Positions 14,101 through 26,100 of a DNA stretch of 64,000 nt are shown piece by piece. The notes beneath the pieces were generated by a model. The model searched no databases and had not been told where the DNA came from. It was given only the letters and a program-made list of their open reading frames with translations. The DNA is from Gekko japonicus (Eukaryota). Position 1 is the stretch's first letter, and each line of letters starts with the position of its first letter. The stretch spans positions 1,762,357 to 1,826,356 of the forward strand of contig NW_015170278.1 in assembly GCF_001447785.1 (NCBI RefSeq). The letters are read 5' to 3'. Position numbers and translations under genes: made by a program.

Positions 14101-17100
14101 GCAATAAGCCTTCCTCAGTGATATAATTCAAACCGAGCACTCCATTAATTAAAGATATACATAAAACTAATCATACATCGAATGGACCTGAAATGGGGGG
14201 GGGGGAGAGAAGAGAAAAATAATTATATGTCTGTTAAGAAACATAATAATTTAAATATTTTGAAGTAAATGGGACAGAGATGGCTACCTTACTCACACTG
14301 GTCACTAATGGAGTAAGTGGTGTCAAATATTCTTGATACAACATGAGCAACTCATCAAGATACACATAAAACATTTAACTTAACAACTGCAAATTAAAAC
14401 GCCTCCTAATTATTGTAGAAAAAAATGTGTAGCCTACTGGAAAAAACCTAAATGGTACAATATTTACCTTCTTCTGTCCAATCTGCAATACTAATTTTTA
14501 AAATAGGCAAACAGTCCTCCATGCTCTTCCCAGCCAAGAATGAGCTCTAGATCAATATTATGGACTTAAAAAATTGGAATCACAACCCAACGTAATTTCC
14601 TGATGGCTATAAAAGTGTGTTAGTGTCTCCAGGAGAAACTATTCACCATTTTTGGACTGACGCACATGTTGACCAGTCACCAAACAAATTGGCAGTGGCC
14701 ATGTGCCTTTATTATTTCTTCATCACATAAATTCCTGCCTTCCATTGTTGTTGAAAGCATCCTTTGTCTTACACAAATTAATACCACCTGTGGAATAACA
14801 GCAGTAATAATAAGGCTCTTTGTGCATAAAGTGTATATGGCTGGAGGCATTTGTTTGTGTCCACTGTCTTGTCAGCACATTTTGGATATGTTTAACATTT
14901 TCCCATGCTTCACAACCAATATTATTTTTGCTCAGAGCTATTGTGGAGTATGGTTTTGTGTATAGTTCTGAAAGGAATTAAGGTAGAAGTATTGTGGGAA
15001 TAAAGTTGAATATTTTCAGAGTGCGGCTGTGTTGGTCTGCAGTAGAATAGATAACTCTGAGTCCTTGTATCCCAGTCAGAAGGTGGGAGCGGTATAGCAA
15101 AGAAGGGAACTCAGGATGCAGAGGTAGAGTGTGCATTATAATCAGCTTGATTAGAGCAAAGGGGCAATATTTGGGGGCAGAAAATTATCATCTGTAGTGA
15201 GATCAGAATCCTAAGTCCCTATTCAGTCTTGCGGGGGGGGGGGTTCCATTGTTCTGAACTTGTGAATGAACTCAAGTTCAGCAATCTCACACCGGAATCT
15301 CCCCTTGCAGCTTCTCTGTTCCAAACACTCTTCAAGGGTAGCTCCAAGTAGAGTGCATTTCAGTAGTCCAGTCTAGTGTAACTAAGGTACGGATCACTGT
15401 GCCTAGATCAGACTAGATCAGAGCCAGGAACAGATGAAGTTGATGTGCCAGCCAAAGCATTCCTAACCAAGGGGAGTGTAACCCCATCCAAGATGGGAGA
15501 GCCCTGGTCTGTCTTTCTGCTAACCTAGAGAATCTCTGTCTTGTCTGGATTAAGTTTCACTTTGTTCACCCTCCTCCAACCCATTACTGTCTCTAGTCAT
15601 CAGTTCAGAACATTTACAGCATCCTCGGAATTTGGTGGAAAACAAAAGGTAGAGCTGGGTATCATTTTGCATATTGGTGACACTGCACGCCTCAAACCTC
15701 CTGATGACTTCTCCCAGTAGATATTAAATGGGGGGGGGGGATAAGCATAAAGGGGGAATTGAGCCTATGGTCAACCCCACTCTTATATCAGCAAATGGCA
15801 GGGCTATTTGGTTTTTGTTTTCTCTAAGAGTTCTCTGATAAATATTGTCATTGCCTCCTTATTTTGTTATCTTTTGGTTCAAAGGTGCCTGTAACTGCTG
15901 TTGTTTTCCATAAACTTTTCACTTCAAGATTTCACTTTGGTCTGTGCAAAGGGTAGAACACACTCAAAGCAATTCTGCACCATTTTGTCACAGCTGCATA
16001 GAATAAAGGGCCTACTAGTTGGAAGCGTGCAGGAAAATCATTAAAAGTGACCCGAGCATGTGTAACATCAGATTCCATTTTATCTCTTTAACAGAAAAAC
16101 AAGTAAACTTATTAGCATACTGGAGGGGCAGAGTGGGCAATTAGAAGAGGATGGAGTTTTTTTTCCTTGTTATGCTGCATGTTGTGTGAGATCAGCAGCT
16201 CATCCTTATTAGCGTTGTGTCTTTAGTGTGTTCTTTTCCCCAGGGCCTTGTGCAATCTACAGCATCCTTTACATATAGGTACAGCAGTGGTAAGAGGAGC
16301 TACCATGGTGCGATCCCCTGAGGCTGCATGTAATAATGCCTCTACGTAACTGAGGCTGATTGTATGGTTTTTCCCTACCCCCATCAACATTTGGCCAGAA
16401 AGAAGGGTTGCCAAAAACATGAGGAAAACTGATGTTGATAAGGGGCATCCATGCAGTTGTCTCAGTCACTTACAGCCCACTGTTGTGTAGGATTGCACAG
16501 GGAAGTGGCTTCCACGCCACTGCAGTTACATGTGAGGGAGTTCTTGTTTTTGAAACAATGGGAGTTATTTGCAGAGGGCCCTTTGATACATTTATCTTTG
16601 GAGATGATTGTAAAAATAAGCAGGGTGCATTACACCATCAGAGACTAGTAGTTATTCCATATGATAGAAACTTCAGTGGTTTTAGTTCTTGTCTGTTCTT
16701 TAGGAGCCCTTGGATCAAGGCCTTGAATCTCTGTGGTCTGATGAATGGGGGGCCTGAGGTTTGTGATCTGGTAGACATCTGATCAAAAATATGCTATGTG
16801 AAAAGTTTTGATAATGGTGGAGTTTCTGTTGGCTCTTTACTGTTTGCAGCAAACCTTTCTCAGTCTTTAATCCCTTGCAGAGCTGGTATTCCATTAATCC
16901 CTTATTACAGGTTCTCAGTCTATTCCTGAATAGATCTAGACTGACCTTTCTAACTTGATGTGTCATATTTAGACAGATAATTATTACAAATGAACATTGT
17001 GCCAAACAAAAAACAAAAATTAAGGGGGGTAAAACAAGCTTGAATTGTAAAGAATAAAAATGATGTTGGTTTTCTCTTGTATAGGGAATGCCCAGTTTTC

Positions 17101-20100
17101 CTCTCCCAAATTGGCCTACCTCAGATAGGTAAAATACCCCTTGCAAATCATATCTTTTTAATTTTTGAAAGAGGCATTCATTAGTGAAGTTAAATCACTT
17201 CGAGAACTGAGGCTTGCCTCTAATCTAGCATTTGTTGTGGGAACCAAGGACATTTTTAAAGACTACCGACAGTTAACAATCTTCCGGCTTGCCTCTAATC
17301 TAGCATTTGTTGTGAGAACCAAGGACATTTTTAAAGACTGTACCAACAATTAACAGTCTTCCTGAATCTGTTGGTTGTTCCTAGAAGTTCTGTAGCTCCT
17401 CTGGACCCCTGAGGAATCTCTGTGGTTAGAAAGTACTGTTTTTTATTATGTCCTCAGAAACCGAGCTGCAGATGTGGACCTGCGTCGGAGGGAGCTTCTT
17501 GGAACGTCTTGACTTGCCTCTTGGACGGGTTCTGTCTTTATTTTGGGTTCTGAGGGTCATACTGATTCTGCCTGTGATGCTATATCCTATCCATAGCGTC
17601 TTTTCATGGAATGAATTGACTTCTTTCAGCCTTGCAAATAAGTGGACAGAAATTACTAGTCCATAGAGTCCCCCTACAGCTGCCTGCCTAGATGTTCTTA
17701 AACTTGTCATGTGTGGCACATTGAGCCAACTCTCTTCTGAATGTGCTCTTGCCTGTTCACTTAAGATGATATTACTTCCCACAGGGAGCAAGTGAGTGTC
17801 TGTTGTCTCCCAGCTTCTCATTCGAATTAATAGAATGATCCTCTTGTCTTTCTAAGAAGGGGGAAAGAATAATAACCCCCATTCAAATCTTCAGATTGCT
17901 GCAAAATCCAAGCTATAAAAAGTAGAATACCAAACAGGGTCTCCACATAGTAATACAAGAGTCCTCTTGATACCGTTATTGCCATTATATGGAGCCCCCT
18001 TCTTATAAAAAGAGGTTTTGTGGTACAGTGTATAGGAACTTTCTTAGAGATCTTTCTATCCATACAGCTTCAAAGAAAGGAAGAACAATCCCCTGCTGAC
18101 CTAATTTTCTATTGCAGGTTTGCCCTGGCCGTGTGATCACCATTCTGACCTGGAAAGGCACAAACCCACAACTCCGTTCCATCTTGCTGAATTCCCACAC
18201 AGATGTCGTGCCTGTGTTTGAGGTTAGTGAAGGAGGGGCAGGTTAGGGGTTGAAGGCTTTCTAATCTTCCGGCTACTTGTGATTTGGCTTTGGGGAATAG
18301 ATGTTGTTGGTCTGAGCGTGTTCTTATCTAGAATTCCCGGTGACAGGATATTTTGCTCCAGAAGAGAAATCCTCCTCCTGTCTCACCTATGTTTTGAACC
18401 CACAGTAGATGTAGGTTACAGTGCTTATGTAGGTGTAATGCATTCTCACACACCCCTACTTACCATATCAACACCAGTGCCATCCTAGATGGTTTAGTAC
18501 AACAAAGTCCATTCTGAATTAATTCAGGTGAAGAGGGTGCATGATATCTTTGACAAAATTAATTCTGTCACTTCATTCAGAGGCACTTCGATATGTTCCT
18601 GGGTTTGTGGGAACAGAGTGCCAACTTCAGGGGAAAAATAAAGATGTACAAGACCTTTGGGTGGTACCATGGTAGGTTATGGAACAGCTTCTCTAAAACA
18701 GTTATACCAGGCTCCCAAGAACTCTTTTCCCACAAAGAATGAGCTAAATAGCATTATTTTAAAAACTCTTATCTGTCATGGCCAACCACCGGAAACCATC
18801 TGGATGAAATTATACAGGCTTTTCCTCGGTGTCTTTTCAGACTGGGTTGGACTGAGCAGATAATGAATCTGCTTCAGTATTGTAGCCAACACAACTTCTA
18901 ATGAATCTGCTTCAGTATTGTAGCCAACTTGTGGTGTGGTCTCCTTCCACTGAGTGACAGTGGGAACTCCATTTTGAGGTAATTGTCTCTGTCCTTTGGC
19001 CCTAAGGCAGCACTGAAGGGGCCGAGTTAACATGAGGCCCTTTTCAGGTAGGACTTGATGGCTGATTCAGAGCAGCTCTTCACTCAAAGAACCGATACTT
19101 GTGATGTTAGAAATGTGAAAAATTTCTGTTGATTTCAGTCCCCTGGACTTGAATCGTGAAAGGCTCATAGTTTAAATGAATCTTTGAGAGAACCAATTCT
19201 TCTGTATTATCCTTTGCTGCTGCTGAGAAAAGCCCTTTTTGCGTTTGTCTTGGTTTGGGTTCAGGTTGAGTTGTGAAGCTTACACCTCTCTGCTTCTCTA
19301 ATTTAGCCTCTTAGTGGTTGATTCTCCAAGGCATAGGGGGATGAGCTCCCTAACAACTTCTGTACAGGCTTTGCTTATTCAAGGAAGATAGATCCATCAA
19401 AGGGTATGAGCCACAGTAGTTAAATGGAACATATAGGGAGGCAGTAATTCTCTGAATACCAGTGCAGGGAGGCATCAACAGAGGGAGGCACCTTTATGCC
19501 ATGCTTGTGGGTCTTCCTGTGGCATCTGGCTGGGCAGTGTGTGAAACAGGAGGCTGGAGTAGATGGACCATGAGTCTCATGGCTACTCTTATGTTCTCAT
19601 ACAGCTGTCCTGTCCTTGTCATCTTGTCTCCACCTCCCTTTGCTTAGGGGCAGATTGCCACTCCGTTCAGTCCAGAAGTAGCTCCAGAGACATCCTTCTC
19701 CTCACAGCTTTGTTGCATTCCCTAGGGTGCCATTCTTGTGTAGCCTTGTATCCTCCAGCATCCTCATCCATCTTCTAAGGGGTACTCTGTGCTGTTTTCC
19801 CATTCCTGCAGGATTATTGGTGCTGTGACCCCTTTGCAGCTTTCAAGGACTCTGATGGAAACATCTATGCTCGTGGAGCTCAGGATATGAAATGTGTCTC
19901 CATTCAGTAAGTCCAGCCACCTTCCCTGTCACATTTCTGTTGTATAGTGGAATTTTCCTGTGCTAATTAAAAGGGTTTCTGTGCCAGTTCTGCATTGGAG
20001 AGTGATGGGAAGTGGGAAGCATGGCTGAGAGGATCTTTCCACCTTACCACATCAAGTACTCACTTTAGTTACATCCACATGAATCTGTAGAAGGGATGGA

Positions 20101-23100
20101 AGTCAGTGATCAAGGTAATGTGGAGAGCCAGTGTGGCATAGCGGTCAAGACTGTCAGACCAGTATCTGGGAGACCCAGGTTCAAATCTCCACTTGTGCCA
20201 TGGAAGCTCATTGGGTGACCTTGGGCCAGTCACACTCCAGGCCTAACCTACCTCACAGGGTTGTTGTGGGGATAAAAAGGAGGAGAGGAGATTTATGCAA
20301 GCCACTTTTGGTTCTCACTGGGGAGAAAGGTAGGGTATGAATGAATGAATGAATGAATGAATGAATGAATGAATGAATGAATGAATGAATGAATGAAATA
20401 ATCTTATGACTTGTATCAAGTAGTTATTACTGGTCTGGTACCCTCAATGAAAACTGGAATAAGTGGGCTGCCCAGACACAACTGTGAGCTGGTGTGTTGT
20501 TGTTACATGTCTGGGAGTGAAAAAGAGATTTTTGGAACTGTTTTATGTATTAAGTGTATAGGAGCAGGTTGCTTCCATTTTGAACTGCAAGGCATGTCTT
20601 AGGTGCGAGGGAATTCTGATCCAAGCTTTTGTTAACTATGGTAGTCCTTATGCTCCCCTCACTCCCGGCATGGCTTTTCTTTAAATCAGATGCTTCATCT
20701 CCTTCATCATGCCTTTCTCTGGGTACAGTCCTGACTGAGTACGGGTCAAGTATCCCTGTGTCCCCGGAAGTTTTAGCAACCACTAAACAAAACCTCTTTC
20801 TCGTTAGATACATAGAGGCCATCCGGAGGCTGAAAGCTGAAGGGAGACATTTCCCAAGAACAGTTCATATGAGCTTTGTCCCAGGTAAGTTAAATAGTGG
20901 GACATAAAGAAGCAGCCAGTTGTTTCCTAGCATCTGCCCAGAGTGGTAGAACCTGAAAGTGGCTGAGCTGGAGATGGGATGACCCACAGTGCAATCCTAA
21001 ACAGAGTTATACCCTCCTAAGCCTGTTGGTTTCAATAGACTTAGAAGGGAGTAACTCTGCTTAGGACTGTACTGGTAGGCTTTTTGGATCAAGGGATACT
21101 TTCATTAGAGGCAGATCTCCAATAAACCAAGAAGCAGGTGTCTAAGGAAATACATAGAAGCTAGCAAAGTATTGGTATCTGTTCAGCGTGTGTCTGCCAC
21201 AGTCTGATAGCTCTGTATTAGTTTGGGCCTCATCTATTTTCTACTCCCCAGGCCACTCACCCCACTTCTGTCTCCAAAATGTAACCAGTTAGGCCAGAAG
21301 GAATAAAGTAGCCAAACATGTCAAGAATTGAAAAATTAGATTTCATGTGTAGAGAAAATGATGGTGGTTTAAAAACCCACTTCTTTGATTTTCCATAGTA
21401 TTTGGTCCCATCTGTTCTGCTCTCTTACCCCCCTTTGCTCAGGTGCTCAAAGAACCATTCCTATTCTCTCTCTAGATTTTAAAAGAGTAACAAATTTATA
21501 TGCTAGATTTAGCATCATGTAATTGTATTACACTTTAGGAAAAAGAGGCTGAGTCTCAGCTTAAAAGACAGCAGTAGCAGCTGACATTCATTCACTCCAA
21601 TCCCTGCCAAACACACTTAGACTGTGTATCGTCTCCTTCCCCACTTAATAACCCACCCCAGAAAAAAACAAACAGCCCCAATTACGCCCACATCCATTGA
21701 CTGCGGAGCGCAGAAGCTCTCAGTCTCACTCTGCACCCATCTTTGGGTGCATCCTAAACACTGGCTGTGTATACGCTCATGCACAACAGAACTCAATATC
21801 TAACGATCACCCTTCAAACCCTTTCCACCCTTCAGTGTGCAAAGAAGGCAGCTCACCATATTGAGGAACAAGCGGCTCCCACAAGGGGCCGGAAAAGGCG
21901 GGTTTCTGCTGTCGCCATGGAGACGAGATGGAAGTCGAATACAGTGACGCGTAATTGGCTAAATGCTGCCTAAAGCAGGAACTGACGGAAAGTTTCGTCC
22001 AGACCCGGCCTACTCAAGACGCGGCGCTCCTATCGGCGCTGTGACAGACTGGGAGAGTTATGTGCGCATGCGTTAATGGAGATCGTATTAACGGCGAGGA
22101 TGCTAATTAGCTCACGGCGGGGGGGATGGCTCAATTAAACCTTATGGGGGAACATTTTAAACAAACAACCACAGACACCAGCCATCTTACAAACACAGGT
22201 AACTTCCAGTCTGTGAGTGGTCCGAAATCACAGCTTCCACGGCAAGAACCTGGGTCTGGCAGACCCTGCTCTGAAGCACTAACTGCTGTGCCTAGAGTAG
22301 CGAACCTCCAAGTAGAGCCTGAAGATCGCTGGTTATCGTAACTGAACTCCAGACAACAGATCTCTTCCCCCCCTGGAGTAAATAAATGCTTTGGATGGTG
22401 GCCTCTATGGCATTCTATTCAGCTGAGGCCTCTCCTCTCCCCTCTCCGAACTCTGGCTTCCTTACACTAGCTTCCTTAGACACAGAATAGCCTGGAATTT
22501 CCCATCCTGGAGCTGGCAACCCTAGTCAGGACTGGCTCCAATGCGTTCCTCACAACAGCCACTGAGGGGGAAGTTAGTCCTGCACAGGAGGCAAGCAGGA
22601 GAAGCGTCTTTGTCAAGAGAGAAAGCTGTTTGCCAGTAATTCTGACAGGGCACAGTGGCTGAAGGGGAAGTGGGCGGGGAAGAGGAGCAGACCCAGCACC
22701 TGGCCAATGGCACATGAGTACTCTTGAGTGGCGGCTGATGGGCCAATGGCTGAGGGAGCACATTTCACAGCCAATGGGAGAGCTGGAAAGTGCCACTCCA
22801 CTTCACAATTATATATAAGGAGAGATTCATGCCTGACTTTCCATAATTATTTATTCCATTTATACCCTTTCTTTCTTTCATCATACAATTCAAGACAGCA
22901 TGATAAGGTTTCCAGGAGGTCTCCCATCCTGGCAATGCCCCAGTCTTGTTCTGCTCCAGCAAGTTTGCTGCAGATCAGACCTTGGGGCCAAGACGAGTGG
23001 GGGTGGGGGGAGGAAAAATGAGCCATCTTTGCAGCACTACTGGAGGGACAAAGCTGGGAAAATTCTCCCCCAAGCTGTTGTCTCTTGAGGGCTGCAGTGA

Positions 23101-26100
23101 ACCCCTCCCCCCCATCAACAAGCATCAACTGACCGTTGGGGACAGGTGGGATCTTTTGATGTCACTAGCCTGTCCATCTGCTTTCCCTCCTGCTGAAGAG
23201 ATGGTCCTTGGTGGTTACCTACTGCTTCCTTCAACCTAAGAGAGAGAAGAGTCCTGTTAGGGCACAAGCTAGCTACCATAGAAAAAGGAGTCTTCTGCTC
23301 CACTTTTTTGGGTATTTTTGCATTTGTGTGTGCGTGTGTGCGCACGCCCCTGTGCCTGGACTGGAAGTCATGGCAACCTCTGGTGACTCCTACTGGGGCA
23401 TGAAGGATGTTTAGAGAAATGGCTTGATAGCCTGCCCCTGCCTCCTGGCCTTGGTATTTTTGGAGGTCTCCCATCCAAATACTTGCCAGGGTTGGCCCTG
23501 CTTAGCTTCTGAGATCTGACGAGATCAGGCTTGCTGGGCTATCCAGGTCAGGGCCCTTCTGCTCCACTTTTGAGGCACAAGGATGTGAACATTTTGACCT
23601 GCCTAAGACTAATGAATGCCTTGGCCACTTAGCTGATTCAGAATTGCCACTGCTGTGGCTTCCTTGCGTATAAGATATCACAGAAAGCCTACTGTATCTT
23701 CTAGCCAAACATATTGCCAATTCTGTCTTTTGTTTCCCTGTAGGTCTGGCGAACCCATCAGACACCTTCACTGTATTCTATGGTGAGAAATGCCCATGGT
23801 GTAAGTAAGATTTAGGATTCCATCTTGTATGAAGCTGCAGAGTCATTGGTCCAGATCGCTAACTCTGACTGGCTGTGGCTCTGCAGGGTCTTAGGCAGAG
23901 CAATATTTTTCCTCCTCCTGCTTCCCAAGAGCATTTTTAGCCAAAGATGCCAGGGACTGAACCTAGGACCTTCTGCAGTGTCCTGCCACTGAGCCACAGC
24001 CCCTCTACCCATTTGTAGTTTCTAAAAACATGCCTTCTATCTATTTCTCATTGTTCTATTTAAAGATACACATCTTAAGAACTGTACTAAAAATGCAGAT
24101 AAAACTTTATAAGAAAACTAACATGTGTGTGTGTTTCACAGTGAATGCACAAATTCTTCCAAACTGTTCTGGAGTTTTGCCATTCATATGTCATAGTTGT
24201 GAAAAACACATATGTAATCCTTTATTAAGATTTTAATCTTCTTGGGGGAGCCAAAATAGATAATTGGGCCAGCTTCCTGTCGGTATTGAAGTGGAATATA
24301 TAAGATTCTTAGCCACAGATGTTTTTCACTTTTGCAACAGATTGTAATCTGTGGATTTAAAGTTACACTACTGGGCTGTATTTGGAATATAAGACCCTCA
24401 CGGGGACAGAGTACGCATGGCATTGGAATTCTGTGATTGAAACTCCACACTTATAATTTGCTGTCAAGAACAGTTGTGGAGATGCCCCTGTAAGAAACAT
24501 GATCATGGTGCTAGGCAAGGGAGATTAAACTCTTACCCTGTCTTATTTCTCTGATCAAAATGCCCCCACCAACTGCTGTGAATCTCAGTAGACGGCCACA
24601 ACAAATGAATCTCTTTTTACCCCTACTAGGACTTAAAGAGCATGTGGGGAGCCATTTCCAGTTGGGCTGTGTGGGGGAAAGGTAACACCCCCTCCCCAGT
24701 GTAGTGGCTGTGATTCTGATCGGGGGCCCCCATGGCTCTTTTATAGGGCCAAGCAGCACATCTGGAATTGCAGCCACAGAAGTTCAGCTTTGTGTGTTGT
24801 TTGGCCCTTAGCCACATCTTTTTTTAAAGTGTTTTTATACTTCAAAATATTCAGCTAACAGCTTTTGTGACTGCTTCTGTTGAATTGCAGCTTTACAAAG
24901 TATTCATATCTGCTCTGTATTCTTGGTGCTTGGGGGGCAACAGTGGGAGGGCTTCTGGAGTTCTGGCCCCACTGGTGGACCTCCTGATGGCACCTGGGTT
25001 TTGGCCACTATGTGAGTGTTGGACTGGATGGGCCCATTGGCCTGATCCAGCATGGCTTCTGTTATGTTCTTATATCTGAATTTTGCTATCCGTGTGCATC
25101 AAAAAATTGACATTCGTGCATGAACCCCAATGATCCTGCACCTTTTAAAAATGAGTATTCAAAAATGAAGAAATACACCAGTGGGTACTGACTGTCACTT
25201 AAACATGATTGATAATGTTCAGTGATGTATGTTTTAAGAGTAGAAGTATAGATATCTCCTAAGAGAGCCAGCAGTTGGATCATGTGCTATAAAGATGCGC
25301 TGGAGTTGTTGGTGCCAAGACCCTGCTTCTCTTCCAGCTGGCTGTGCCCTATTTCTTTCCATTAGCAACTGCTTTCTTGCTATCGCTTTCTTAAATCTTT
25401 TGTATAAACATTTGCGTAAGGTTTGGAATTTAAATTCTTTTAAACAATGTTTTGCTTACTCAGAGGAATTCCATTTTTAGTGTGACTCTCAGGACCTAAA
25501 TAGATGGTATGCTGGAGTTCCATGTCAGGAGCTCCTGGTGGTTTTTTAAAAGGCTTTTACCAGTGTGTGTGTGTGGTGGTGGTGGGTTTTGTTGTTGTTT
25601 TTTAGGCTTTTACACAGGACATAACTAGATGGTGCACTCCATGTTACAAACTAGAAGATACACTGGGAGTTCCATGTCAGGAGCTCCCAGTGTTTTTTAA
25701 GGCTTTTTACCAGGTGGGCTGGGACCAATTCAGACTGGCACCAGGGGAGGATTTTTAAAGCACCCCTCCCTGCACTGTTTCCCAATCTCAAATGGCCCCA
25801 GTGGGTTATTGTTCGCCATGTTATGAAGCTTCTGTGTACTAACCAGAACATGTAAGTCTTCATAACAGGGGAAATAGCACCCCAACTGTTTTCAAGTGGG
25901 GGAAATGGCATGGGGAAGGCTTAAAATCCCCCTTCCCCTCATGTCCCAGTCTGATATTCTAACTACGATATCACAACACCTCCTCTCACAAAGTTGTGAA
26001 TTCTTCTGTTGCAGTCATTCCCATTGCTAAAGGAAGAGCCCACAGCCCACTTTTCAAAGCAAGCGCTCTCCTTGACAGTGGGAAGCGTGGAAGCAGTTCT

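Noticed and set aside
17960-17990. Minus-strand tggcaataacggtatcaag resembles the RPL29 KWHRNGIK coding sequence
   Set aside because: Needs a frameshift and has no flanking similarity or splice sites.
21075-21095. gtaggctttttggatcaaggg (VGFLDQG) resembles the end of missing exon 7 (GFALDEG)
   Set aside because: No GT donor follows, one codon is missing, and the upstream sequence is a MITE plus non-homologous DNA; treated as chance.
22658-22700. Translation EGEVGGEE resembles DEEVGG
   Set aside because: No acceptor, no downstream similarity, and an in-frame stop soon after; it overlaps the GC box.
23453-23545. 5S rRNA gene
   Set aside because: Diverged, fused to a SINE body and bounded by a 16-bp TSD, so it is a 5S-derived SINE.
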